A stretch of 64,000 bases of DNA from the human T2T-CHM13v2.0 reference genome, Homo sapiens, in NCBI RefSeq assembly GCF_009914755.1, contig NC_060926.1; one strand, given 5' to 3'. A program made the translations under genes and the position numbers. The stretch's first letter is position 1. Each line of letters starts with the position of its first letter. Positions 15,541 to 28,292 of this stretch are shown here, piece by piece. The notes under the pieces were generated by a model. That model was not told the origin of the DNA. It saw only the letters and a program-made list of their open reading frames with translations, and ran no database searches.

Positions 15541-16179
15541 ACACATTTTCTACCATCCTGCCCTCACTGTCTGCCCCCTGCCCTCCCAGACCCCTTATCG
15601 AAGGGTCTGGAGGCATCCAGCAGTGCAGCCCTTAGTCACTCTCCTCTCTTGGGCAAGCCTTACTTCCATGTCAGAGTTGCCAGGTCTTTGAGAGCAGGAG
15701 CTGTATGCTGCTCAGCTCTGCATTCGCCCCAGGACCAGCCGCAGCTCCACGGTGGGCGGTGCTGGCAAGGCTTGCTTGAGAAATGGAGGAGAAGCCAGTC
15801 TCTCTCTCTCACTCTTTCTTCCTCTCTGTTTCCTTCTCTGTTACCTTCTCTGCTGCAGTCAGGCCTGCAGCCAGAAAAAGCCCAGATCTCCTGCCATTGT
15901 TTCCTGCAGGCTCCACACTCCTGAGCAGCTGAGGAGGGGAGAAAACCAAGGCTGTTAACAGGGGGTGCTTCTTTAGCTTCCTGAGCCAGCCCACATTCCC
16001 AGAGGGGAAGCTTTTGGGGGGATGGGGGAAGAGGAGAGGCTATATATCCAGGAGTTCTGAGAGAGTGCCAAGCCACTCCTGAGTCTGTTTCCTCCCCCAA
16101 CATTAAATCAACACAGTGTCCCCAAATTCACAGCACCCCTCCTCCTTCTGGGTGAGATTAAGGGAGTTAAGTGCCTTTA

Positions 16180-16410
16180 CTGAGCACTACTGTAGCCTAG
16201 GCACTATGCATGAGGATTTACAGTTCGGCTTAGTTCATCCTCAAAACATAGGGATATAGAGTACATCTTATTAGCTCTGTTTTACAAATGAGGAAACCGA
16301 GACTAAGAGAGATTGAATCGCTCCCCCAAGCTACAGCCAGAAAGTACTTTGGCTGGGATTTGAGGGCCCCAGGCTGTCTGACTCTAGAGCCCACCCCCTC
16401 AGCTTCAGCA
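16180..16410. mobile_element. MIR SINE relic
   Basis: 'tttacaaatgaggaaaccgagactaagagagattgaatcgctccc' MIR core. Confidence 0.65.
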
Positions 16411-16689
16411 GGCTGCCTCCCTCCCCGCCACCTGCTAGGGAAGCAGCTGACTCATGGCTTTTGATTCATTCAGTTCTCTTCTGCATTAACATTGCTTCAT
16501 CCTAATGAACAAATATTGCATTATGCATTTCTCACTTTGCAAACATCTACATGAGGCTGTTTGCCTGCAAGCCCAAAAAATCACTGCATTTTCAGGTGAC
16601 ATCTTGACAGGCTGGCTTGTGGGTAGGTTAAAAAAAGAATCATAGAATGTTAGAGCCCTTAAAGATGGTCCTAAATCAGAGATTCTTAG

Positions 16690-16830
16690 GCTAGGGTTCA
16701 AAAGCAAACCTCAGGGGAGTCTCCAAAGCCCTGAATTTGTACATACATGTATTTTTCGTAGGATAAAATTTCAGTACTTTCATCAGATTCTCAGAAAGGT
16801 TTGAAGTCTCAAGGGATAAAAGCTGTCCAC
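16690..16830. mobile_element. MER103-like hAT-Charlie fossil
   Basis: 'ctttcatcagattctcagaaagg' resembles recalled MER103. A related stretch lies at 61620-61770. Confidence 0.4.
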
Positions 16831-17724
16831 AGTTTATCCGAGCAAGGGCCTCACATTCCCAGGCGTGCTGCTGCCACTGTTGCATGAGCCAGCACAATTT
16901 GTGATAGAGAAAACCCTGAGCTCAACGCCAGAAGCAGAATCTGAGCTCTGAATCTTCTGGCAAACATTTTAAAGACTCATGAATTATTAAAACGGCTAAT
17001 TAAGTCAACCTTCACCAGAGAATATTTGCTTTTCCCCCTCATCATTGAGCTCACTGTGAAACTTTACTTCACTCCATGGTTTGCTTAAGCACAAGGTCAA
17101 TTTCTTTCGTTCCTTCTTTGCTGGTCTCAGAAGGAGAGCTTTGAGTGGCCTGCTGTGGTGTAGAGTAGCAGCCTGCTGTACCTCAGTGTACACAGCTGGG
17201 AGGCTCTGAACCCATTTTCTCTTCTCTGCCATCTGTGATTTGGCTCCATGCAGCCTATCGCCCACCTTAGGCCCACACTCTTTATTCCGCCCAGTCACTG
17301 TCCTCAGTGGTTCACATCCGCCATGCCTGTTCCTACAGCTCCCCCTCCTACCAGGATCACCCTCCCCTCTAGCATGCTGTAATTGGCCTTGAACCAAAAA
17401 ATATGCCACGATCATCAAGTCAGCCTAGCCCTCTATTTTGCAGTGCATTAACCAGGTCTCTTTTTCTCCCTTCCCTCCACAACTAAATCCTACTTTCAAG
17501 ACCCCTCTTCCATTCTACCTCCTTTGTGAAATCTCATTGTTTCATCTATTTTGATTTTATCTATTTTCAACTAGATTTAAGCTCCTCAAGAGCAAGAACT
17601 TATTTTCCATTCTTCTAATGTATTTACCAATAGCTTATGTACCAAGCTAGATGTCATACAAAAATTGTATTAATCAAGAAGTAGGCTTTTCTCCACCCTG
17701 CCTCATCCCTAATCTTTGAAATTG

Positions 17725-18487
17725 GCCACTTGCCAAGACAGTCCATTGCAAAATGAAAATGTAGGGCCCTAGCTGGGGCAAGAAACTCAATCTCCTCCTT
17801 CCCATAGGCCCACTCTCCCAACCCAGGGTCAATAGGTGATTCCTTAAGAGACTACAGCTTCCATGCCAGGATGCAGCAGGTACTTGAATAAGGGATGGGT
17901 GAGAGGGCTCCATCAAGTCACCAGCCAAATGCACTGTGGCAGTGCCAGCCCAGGACAGGGATCGCTGCTACCTTGCTCTACCCTGACGTGCCAGGGGGCG
18001 CATACCCAACCTTCCCCATGCCTGTGCCCAGGCCCCTGCCAGGAATAGAGGGCAACAGTGGAACACAGGCACCCCCCACTAATGCAACCTGGCTGTCACC
18101 CCAGGTGGACAGTGACAGCAATCACAGGGCTAGGGTAGCGGGGAGGCCAGGTGGGAAAGGGAGGCTGGGTGTGGCCCGGTACGCCAGGAAACAGAGGGCA
18201 GACTGTCAGTAACCCATCCTGGGGAGATGAGAAGTCCTAGGAAACCAGGATAGTCAAGGTTTCAAGACCCCAGGCACACGCTTCATTGTTCCATTGAGCT
18301 TCACTTACTGAATACAAACTCAAAGACAAAATTACTAAGAATTTGAAGGTGGTAATGCAGAGCACTAAATGTCAAGAGTTGCATCAGTGGGGATTGGCTT
18401 GTGTTACACTATTGCCCTCTGTGGGCCCCTTTTTAGTGTGGAGCCCTGTGTGACTGCATTAGTCACAGGCCTATGAAGCTGGCCCTG
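17725..18487 (-). mobile_element. MER45-type hAT DNA transposon fossil
   Basis: Terminus 'gagccctgtgtgactgcattagtcacaggcctatgaagctggccctg' is the reverse complement of the recalled MER45 5' end. Other end 'tgcaaaatgaaaatgtagggccc'. Confidence 0.7.
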
Positions 18488-21009
18488 CTTCCCAGTCTGT
18501 TTCCTGAAATCTTTGGCATAACTCTACCTGTAAAAATACAGAAGAACAGTGAGTAATTCACTTAGGGAATCACAGAGCTACCCTAATTGCGATGAGTGTC
18601 ACTGTTTGTCTCTTCTATACTTATATGTACACAAGAACTCATGACTCGGAAATATACCTGTAAGGGGATGAATAAAATTGGCCAGTAATATTAATATTGT
18701 AATAATAATATTATTTAATATTCAGCAATCAGATATACAGCTTTGGTAGAAAATTCTGTGTTTTTTTTTTAAGTTAGCCACACCTACCTCTCCTTTCCCC
18801 ACTGAAGTCATTCTCCTCCTTATCTTCCACAAAACTCGAGAATCTTTGATGTTTGTCAGAACAGAAATGGTTAAAACAAATTTTACTCAATTCCTATTAG
18901 GCCTCAAACAGAAGATTAATGCAGCGTCACACTTTGGTTTTAAACCCATTGTTAACCACTATAAGCTGTGTACTATTTTTCTCTCCCTCACATCTTTAAT
19001 TCATGACTGTAGCTGTATATTTATCCTGAAAAGATTTTTAAAAGGTTGATTGATCCAACTGGCACTGGCCTGGATTGGATCCCATGATGGATAATGTTTT
19101 GTTTTTTTTTCAAACACAAGTAAGCAGTCCCTTTCCTCAACAGCTGAAGTCTTGATAGAGTGAAGTAGCCTTCAAGAGCTGAATTTCTGATCATGGCTGG
19201 GGCAAGACCTGCTGCCTATTTGCACTGATGACATCTGGGAAAGAGAACTGGATGCTCAGTTGACGCTGAATTTCTCTTTTTTCTTTTAAGCATCCTCAGA
19301 CTTTGGCTGGATATGTATGCCTTGTCTAGCACCCAGCTGCTAGGTTAACATCTGTGCATTGCTAATTAGTTGGGGAGTTTTGTAGCCCACAGGAGTTAGG
19401 TACACTGCCTAATAAATGTAACAGAACAAGAGTCTAAGAATGGACATGAGCTGCTGGGGATGCTGGATTGTTTTGCATATTGGTGTCCGGATCCTGGGAA
19501 CAAAGTCCTTCATGGTTGCTAGTTCCTACTCATCTGCAAGCATTTCCAGGGACAGAGCTGGTTTTATCTATCTCTTGGTGTCTACTACATAGTTGGCACT
19601 CAATAAATACTTAATGAATTCATACAGCTCTGCCTTCCTTCTTTCTGTCCATCTCACCTCCAAACTCTTCCCCTGGAATTAATGTTACTATCACTGGCTA
19701 CGTCTTTGTTAGGAATTTTTCCTGTAAGTTTAGTTACCTGGTCTGATGAAGCAACAACACTTTTTTTGGCATGCTTTCTGGACCAATGACATTCCAATTG
19801 ATTGCTTCTTTTCTGGACTTCCATACTACAGAAGCAACTTTGAACCCAGGGTTCCCTGGAGAAATGACAGGTGACTCCTTCCCTTACTAGCTCAAGAGTT
19901 CACTGATAGGATCTATTAAAATTTTTCTGTGAGTTGTTTCTCTAGAAGTGAGGAATTGAATTATAGACCCAAACTCTCATTAAGCCAATATTCATTTTCC
20001 TCTTTTTTTCATGGAAATCAGTAATAAATCTTGATTTGCCTCCTTACTCAGTCCCTCAGCTAATAAAATCAAGGTGTTTCCTGAAATTAGATTAAATAAT
20101 TTGACTCTCTTCTTTCTAGAAGTTTTAGAGCTCTCACTGACCTTTCTTGAAGAACCAGAAATTATTCTTATTTTTTCTTTCAGTGGCCTGTGAATATCCT
20201 GTCATTCAAAAAGCAAAAGTAAGAAGAAGGGGTAAGATAAAAAAAAGGGAGGAAAACTGAGAGTTTCCACTAACTAGTGGTGTGGTTCCAGACTCTTTTG
20301 GAGCCTCAGTTTCCTTTTTGTGAAATTCAGGACTCAGATGAAAAAGCTTTCTTTAAATGTCCTTTTTTGGCTCTGAAAGTCTAGGTATCTCAGTGGGATA
20401 CAGGCTCCATAGATAGACTGTAATTCACCAGGTTTAAGGAAATTGTTTTCTTTGTGATAGAGCAATTTTTTTCTCTTTCTTCCTCTTTTTCTTTTTCTTT
20501 AATAGAACAGAACAAAATGAGCTCAGATCATAAGTTCGGTTGATTTCTTTCTAAACCACAGGGTTCATTTTCTGAAATTGCTGTCTTTTCCTTCAAAAGC
20601 CTTCCTCAGCCTTGTCAGCCAGCTCTATCACTTTTATATTAGATCTCTGTGAAGTAAGGAAGCCTTTTAGAGTAGGCTTGGAATGTGCAACAACAGGGCA
20701 CAGGTGTGGCTGAAGAGGGCCTCTGTATGAACCCCCAGGAAGCCAAATTGGCCTCCCCTCCATCATTTCCTAAAATCTAGAGCCCTATCCAGAATCTGAA
20801 TGCACAAAATGCTGTTTGTCAATCAACCCATGGATAATTATTTTTCAAGTGACTATTAAGTGCATGAAACTCTTGATCCCTTATATTTATAACCTAATAA
20901 TTATACAGGCCTCACTTTTCAAAATCAGAGAAAGCTTTGTTATTGAGATTTAAAGACAACATTTTCCTAAAAGGAGATCATCTCAGAAAACTATAGAGAT
21001 TAAGAATTT

Positions 21010-21230
21010 TCAGTAGTCAGATTAGGTCTGAGTTCTAGCCCTTCCATTTACTAGAGGGGTAAGCTTTCAATTCCCTAAGCTTCAGTTCCTCCTATATAAA
21101 ATAGAGATAATAAATAATACCCCCCTCATAAGGTAGAGCAAGGAGTCACTAAAATAAATTATGAAAAGGGCTTAGCATAGCGTCCAGCACGTAGTAAGAG
21201 TGCTCAATAGGTTCAGTTATTATTCATCAT
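21010..21230. mobile_element. MIR SINE relic
   Basis: 'cttcagttcctcctatataaaatagagataataa...gcttagcatagcgtccagcacgtagtaagagtgctcaata'. Confidence 0.65.
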
Positions 21231-21381
21231 GATATGGCATTAATAATACATAAGATAAGAGACCTTTGTTGGACCCAATCTGTGGCCTCAGGCATCATAT
21301 GCCCTTGTGGATTTCTCTTGGGCCCCTAAAGAAAAGGTAAAGTTGGAAAATGCTAGTATGTTCCAGTCATTGAAAGTAATT

Positions 21382-21810
21382 GTCAGGCACAGAAAGACAA
21401 ACTTCATATGTTCTCACATATTTATGGGAGCTATAAATTAAAATAAATGAACTCATGGAGATAGAGAGCAGAAGCGTGGTTACCAGAGGCTGGAAGGGGT
21501 AGTTGGGGGTCAAGGGGAAGTGGAGATGGTTAATGGGTACAAAATAGAAAGAATGAATAAAGACCTACTGTTTGCTAGCACAACAGGTCGACTATAGTCA
21601 AAAATAATTTAATTGTACATTTTAAAATCACAAAAAGATTATAATCGGATTGTCTGTAACATAAAGGATAAATGCTTGAGGGGATGGATACCCTGCTTAC
21701 CCTGATGTGATTATTACACATTGCATGACTGTATCAAAGTAGCTCATGTACCCTGTAAATATATACACCTGCTATGTACCCACCAAAATAAAAAATAAAA
21801 ATTTAAAAAG
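21382..21810 (+). mobile_element. L1MA-type LINE 3' end
   Basis: 'gaactcatggagatagagag...ggttaccagaggctgg...atatatacacctgctatgtacccac' followed by an A-rich tail. Confidence 0.8.
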
Positions 21811-23072
21811 AAAGTAAGTAATGGTAAATTTCTTTGAAATACCTCAAAATATATTTTAATGTAAAAACTGCTTTCTTCAGGGAAAGAGAGAGAGAATAAA
21901 ATAACTTAAACAACTAAAAGAATTAAGAAGTTCTTAAAAAGAGAGAGGGGGGAATGATTTTTGGCCCTTTGTTGATGGTACAGGTGAGTTGGAGTTCTCA
22001 CCCTTGGTTGCGATTGTGCTCTGGCTCTAGCCAATGGAGGAGGGAGTGAATGACAAGGAGAGGAAAGGAGAAGGAATGAGGACAGTCATGGGGCCATGGC
22101 ACCATATGGCCTGAAACAGCCCAGGACTCAGTAATGTTTGCTGAACTGAAAGCCTCTATTCTTCTATCATCCCCCCCGACTTTCCAGTCCCTGGAAATCA
22201 GATAGTGTTATAAACCTGGAGGGCCAAGGCAGATGATAGACAGTGACTCATTGCGTGTAGGGAGGATGGCCTGGGTGAAACAGCAGTCCTAGTTTTTACT
22301 TAGGAATTCAGACCCATGTTGAGATGAAGCTCACACAATCCCTTAGGGCAGGGGGTGGCTCAAAAGGCCCAAAGGAATGTGTGCTTGGGTTTGAATCTGC
22401 CCTAGCTCCTGACTGAAGCCAATGTGGGGTCAACCACAGCCATCCATGGATCGCTAAGAGGGTTTGCTTATATTACCACATCAACAGCAGATTTCCTCTG
22501 GCCCCCAGTCAGCCAGGAATGGATAAACAACAGAAGTGCAGAATGGCTTTACCAAGTCTAGCTCCAAATTATGAGATGTCTCAGTCTAAGGTGTAGCCCA
22601 AGCAATCCTTGGGACAAGCTGATCGAGCTGGCTGGCCAGATCCCAAAGGTGGAGATGACCTAAGTGGAGAAAGGAAAATTTTACCCAAACAGAAGTGAAG
22701 ATAGCAATTAGACCTAGCCAGCCACTCAGGTACAGCGAGAGCCCATTTGAATAGGAAAAGAAAAGAAAAAAAAAAAGAGGTATGCAAACCATAACTAAAT
22801 TGTTGGCGGGAAGACACAGCAGAACAGGAAATGTGCATGCAGATAAGTGAAGCCTCCATTAATGGCTTCACTGCATTTATCAAAAGGGATTTCAATTAAC
22901 GTGATGAAGACCAAGGCAATTACAGTAGGAAGAAAAGATGAATTTAAGATTAATCTCCTCTGTTGTTTCCTTACAGCAATTTATAAGGGAAATGCTTCAG
23001 GTGAGAGCCTAGTTGGGAATTAACCCAAAGAAGATGAGAATCAGATCTGTTAACAGAGAAGAACCCTAAAGA

Positions 23073-23234
23073 CAGTGACTCCCAAACTTGGCTATACATT
23101 TGAACCACTTAGGGAGCTTTTAAAACTTCCAAAGGCCATGGCCCAGACCAATTACATCACAATCTCTAGGGGTGGGACACAGGCATCAGAATTCTCGAAG
23201 CTCCTCACTGTGCAGACAAATTTGCGAACCACTG
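23073..23234. mobile_element. MER5A-type hAT-Charlie MITE
   Basis: Termini CAGTGACTCCCAAACTT...TTTGCGAACCACTG and internal 'gggagcttttaaaa'. Confidence 0.7.
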
Positions 23235-23323
23235 TTAATGAGCAATATGCATGATGGAGGCGTGTTAGGAAATAGCATGCGAGGTTACAGGTAAATAAAT
23301 ACAGCCATTAAGAAATGGCAATA

Positions 23324-23625
23324 GGCCTGGCACAATGGCTCATGCCTGTGATCTCAGCACTTTGGGAGGCCGAGGTGGGCAGATGGCTTGAGCCCAGGAG
23401 TTCGAGACCAGCCTGGCCAACATGGCAAAACCCCGTCTCTACTAAAAATAAAAAAGTTAGCCAGGCGTGGTGGCGCACACCTGTAATCCCAGCCACTAGA
23501 GAGGCTGAGGCAGGAGAATCGCTTGAACCTGGGAAGTGGAGGTTGCGGTGAGCCAAGATTGCATCACTCCACTCCTGCCTGGGTGATAGAGCAAGACTCC
23601 ATCTCAAAAAAAAAAAAAAAAAAAA
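23324..23625 (+). mobile_element. AluS element
   Basis: Full dimer, poly(A), TSD AAGAAATGGCAA. Confidence 0.95.
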
Positions 23626-25398
23626 GAAATGGCAAGAAATTCACTTGCCTTAGAACAGAACAGGATCTGTGTCTCTTGTTTTCTTTTTTTGTAATTTTAA
23701 AAAGTGTTTATCAGTGTTCGAGAAAAATGGATGAAGAGACAGGGGCACTTTCTTTTTTTTTTAATCAACCAGAGTTAAATTCAAGTAATTTTTGAGTGAG
23801 GCCCTTGAACTTGATGTCTGGGAGTGGGATAGAAAACAAAGGGGTTCATTGCCATTATGGATAAAGCAATTTATATATTTTTGCTTCATAGAATGTTCAT
23901 ATCCATGACCTAATTTTAACTTGCATCTCTGTGAAGTAGGCAGAGAAAGTATTATTTTTCTCTCCCACTTCCACAGATGGGAAAACAGATAGAGTCTCAT
24001 GATTTACTCAGCATTACAGAGCAAAGTTAGTGGCAGGAACAGGAGCAGAATTTGGTTCTTCAGAAATTCCAGTTAAATGTCCTTCCTCTAAACTGTGTTG
24101 CCTTCCTGCCCTTGAAGAGCTCTCTGTAAGAGTGGGAAATTTTACAATGATAACTGAAACAAGAAAACATGACACTTGGTGAGCCAAACGAAAGAGTTCT
24201 GCTATTAGGGGGAAAAAATCTAGAACAGATGCCAAGAGACACATCAAGGTGGTGGCAAAGTGCTGACCACCCTGCCCTTGAGGATGCCTCATGAATATTG
24301 GATGATGTTAATATACTGAATTTGCCTCCAAATTACACTGGGTTGGTGGGCAGAGGCAAGGCCGGTGAGGTCACAAGAAATAATTTTTAGGGCAAAAAAA
24401 TGAAAGCATCCTTATAGTTCTTGTGCTTTGACCAACAGTTTCAGGGCCTTCTTAAGTAGGTTGTGAGTAGCAACGAGCTGTTGCCCTGGTGTTTTCAAGA
24501 AACAGAAATTCCCTGGCATTGATTTAACCACAATAGGGTAAAAGGGCAAGTTATAGGCCCTAAAACAAGAATGCAGTCAGGCTTAAGGAAGGACTAGAAC
24601 TGGGAATTTGCAAACTGTCAGAACTCAGGGGGATGTGTGCTCTGTCCATCTTTCATTTCCTTTTCTCTCTTGAGTATTTGTGTTCATCTTTTTCCTGAGG
24701 AGTTCCCTCTGCTGATCTGCTCACATGAGGGGGCAAAGATACTTACCCACAGCTCCCAAGTTCATATTTTAGCCATATGAACCAGGTCTATCCACCAAAC
24801 CCCTATTCAAATACAGACTCCCGTGGAAAAAAATATTTGGCCCAAATTGGCTCAGGAATCCATCCCTGATCCAATCAACTATGACCAGAGGTCAGCATCA
24901 CATTGTGTGTAAATAACTGTGGGAGCCACCTTCTACAGATGGTAGTAAGGCACTTACAGAGAGGAATCATTTAAACTAAGCATATGCCTCAAATATATCT
25001 ACCACTCATACTGACTAGGGTGGTTATACTAAAAAAAAAAAAAAAGAAGAAGAAGATGACAAATGTTAGCAAAAATGTGGAGAGGTTGAAACTCTTATGT
25101 AATGTATATGGTAATGTAAGTGTAAAATGGTGCAGCCACTGTAGAAAACAGTTTGGCAGTTCCTTGATAAATTAAATATAGAACTACCATATGACCCAAC
25201 CATTCTACTCCTGGGTATATACCCAAAAGAATTGAAAATAGGTGTTTAAATGAGCACTTGTACACAAGTGTTGATGGCAGCACTATTTAGCAGCCAAAAA
25301 GTGGAAACAAATTAAATGTCCATCAGTTGATGAACGAATAAACAAAATGTGGTAGAGCCATCCAATGGAATATTATTTAGTCATAAAAAGAAGTGCTT

Positions 25399-25702
25399 TC
25401 TCAGTAAACTATCGCAAGGACAAAAAACCAAACACTGCATGTTCTCACTCATAGGTGGGAATTGAACAATGAGAACACACGGACACAGGAAGGGGAACAT
25501 CACACTCTGGGGACTGTTGTGGGGTGGGGGGAGGGGGGAGGGATAGCATTAGGAGACACACCTAATGCTAAATGACGAGTTAATGGGTGCAGCACACCAG
25601 CATGGCACATGTGTACATATGTAACTAACCTGCACATTGTGCACATGTACCCTAAAACTTAAAGTATAATAATAATAAAATTAAAAAAAAGAAGAAGAAA
25701 AA
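25399..25702 (+). mobile_element. Young 5'-truncated L1 (L1PA3-like) 3' UTR
   Basis: Near-consensus L1PA 3' end with G-rich tract and poly(A). TSD AAAAAGAAGTGCTT at 25385-25398 and 25703-25716. Confidence 0.9.
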
Positions 25703-25790
25703 AAAAAGAAGTGCTTGATCAAAAAAAAAAAAAAGAAAGAAAGAAAAAATAAAATAGAGTCTAGTGATTGTGGGCAAAAATAAATAAATA

Positions 25791-26121
<331 letters not shown>

Positions 26122-26522
26122 CTAAAACACAGATAAACCTTGAAAACATTATGCTAAGTGAAAGAAACCATACACTAAAGGTCACATATATGACTCCATT
26201 TATATGAAATATCTGGAATAGGCAAATGTATAGAGACAGAAAGCAGATCAGTAATTGCCCGGGGCTGGAGGAATGGTGCATGACTGCTTAATGGGTATAG
26301 GGATACAAATGTCCTGGACATAGAAAGTGGTGGTTGTTGCACAACATTCTGAAGGTACTAAATGTCACTGGATTTATATTTTAAAATGACTAAAATGGTA
26401 AATTTTGCATTACATGTGTTTTAATCCCAATAAGAAAATATATCTAACACATTAAAATGCTCTGAGAAGACTGATCACATTCATTGCCCAGGAGTAGCCA
26501 CGCTGGGAACGATAACAAAATA

Positions 26523-26864
26523 CAGTTGTTCCTCTGTGTCTGTGGGTTCCACATTTGTGGATTCAACCACAAACGGATTGAAAATATTTGGAAGAAAACA
26601 TGGATAGTTTCGTTCTGTACTGAACGTGTACAGATTTTTTTCTTGTCACTGTTCCCTAAACAATACAGTATAAAAACTATTTTCATGGCATTTACATTGT
26701 ATTAGGTATTATAAGTAATCTGGAAATGATATAAAGTATACAGGAAGATTACATAGGTTATATGCAAATACTACCCATCTTATATGAAGAACTCAAGCAT
26801 CTGTGATTTTGGTGTCAGTCGGGGGTCCTGGAACCAATCCCCCACCTATACTGAAGGACAACTG
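26523..26864. mobile_element. MER2 (TcMar-Tigger) DNA transposon fossil
   Basis: TA-CAGTTG...CAACTG termini, ~340 bp, internal 'tattaggtattataagtaatctggaaatgat'. Confidence 0.85.
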
Positions 26865-26869
26865 AACAT

Positions 26870-27465
26870 TGACTCATTCATTCAATCAGTAAACATGGAT
26901 TGAGCATTTAATTGTATGCCAAGCTGTGCCAGGCATTGAGCATGGCTGACAGACTAGTGGAGCACACACAGGTAAATAGATCATTTCTATTTAATATGAT
27001 AACTGCTAAGACCAAGACACTCTCAGGGTGTTTTGGAAATTCAGATGAGGCATGATTATTATTATTACTATTATTATTATTACAGGATGAGGCAACACGT
27101 GAGCTGATCACTAAAGATGAATAGGAGTTCTCCCAGTGAGGTGGCAGAGAGGGACGAAGGGCGTTCCAAGCAGAGTAAAGAAACGCACAAAGCCACAGAG
27201 ATGAGAGAGGATATAGCCAGTGGAGAAGGAGGGTAAATCATGTGCATAAGCCAAATGGAGAAGCCCTTGTCTGCTGTCCAAATGAACCTGGATTTCATCC
27301 AGGAGATGGAGGCCAGTGCCTGAAGGAGCCTCAGCAGAAGAGTGCCAGGGAGGAGAGGCAGAGACTATGATTGGAATACAGAGGGGGAGCAGGAGAACAG
27401 AGTGTCGTCATAGGGGTCAAGAGAGGGGAGAGAATCAAGAAGAGAACAGGGTCAAGAGCATCATT
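26870..27465 (-). mobile_element. L2 LINE fragment, including an (ATT)n microsatellite at 27055-27082
   Basis: 'cattcattcaatcagtaaacat...tgtgccaggcattgag' is the reverse L2 3' end. Confidence 0.55.
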
Positions 27466-27468
27466 TCT

Positions 27469-27768
27469 TGGCTAGATGCTATGGCTCACACCTATAATCT
27501 TAGCACTTTGGGAGACCTAGGTGGAAAGATCACTTGAGGCCAGGAGTTTGAGACCAGCCTGGGCAATAAAACGAGACTCCATCTCTACAAAAAATTAGAA
27601 AATCAGCTGGATTTGGTGGCACACACCTGCAGTCTTAGCTACTCAGGAGGCTGAGGCAGGAGAATCACTTGAGCCCAGGAATTTGAGGCTACAGTGAGCT
27701 GTGATTGTGCCACTGCACTCCAGCCTAGGCAACAGAGTGATACCTTGTCCCCCCAAAAAAAAAAAAAA
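27469..27768 (+). mobile_element. AluJ element
   Basis: Diverged dimer. TSD AAGAGCATCATTTCTT / AAGAGTGTCATATCTT. Confidence 0.9.
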
Positions 27769-27914
27769 GAGTGTCATATCTTCAGCAATGTCAAGGCAGG
27801 AGCTGAAAGTGGCCACAGACTGGACAATGAGAAGGTCACTCTTGTCTTTTGTGCATTTTACTGTCATAGCAGGCTGTGCCTCACCAAACATGCCCTACCA
27901 TCACATTTGGCTGG

Positions 27915-28292
27915 TGATATGGTTTGGCTGTGTCCCCACTCAAAGTCTTATCTTCAGTTGTAATCCCCATAATCCCCACGTGTCAAGGGAGAGACCAGGT
28001 GGAGGTAGCTGAATCATGGGGGTGGTTCCTCCATGCTGTTCTTGTGATAGTGAGTGAATTCTCATGATATCCGTTGGTTTTATAAGGGGCTCTTCTCCTT
28101 TCACTTGTTCACTCTTCTCCTTCCTGCTGCCTTGTGAAGAAGGTGCCTCACTTCCCCTTCACCTTCCGCCATGATTGTAAGTTTCCTGAGGCTTCCCCAG
28201 CAATGCTGAACTGTGAGTCAATTAAACCTGTTTCCTTTATAAATTACCCAGTCTCAGGCAGTTCTTTACAGCAGTGTGAATGGACTAATAGA
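27915..28292 (+). mobile_element. THE1 (THE1C/D-like) MaLR solo LTR
   Basis: TGATATGGTTTGGCTGTGTCCCCAC...ATAAATTACCCAGTCTCAGGCAGTTCTTTACAGCAGTGTGAATGGACTAATA. Near-TSD GCTGG / GCGGG. Confidence 0.9.

Noticed and set aside
25519-25542. G-quadruplex as a novel feature
   Set aside because: This is the standard G-rich tract of the L1PA 3' UTR.
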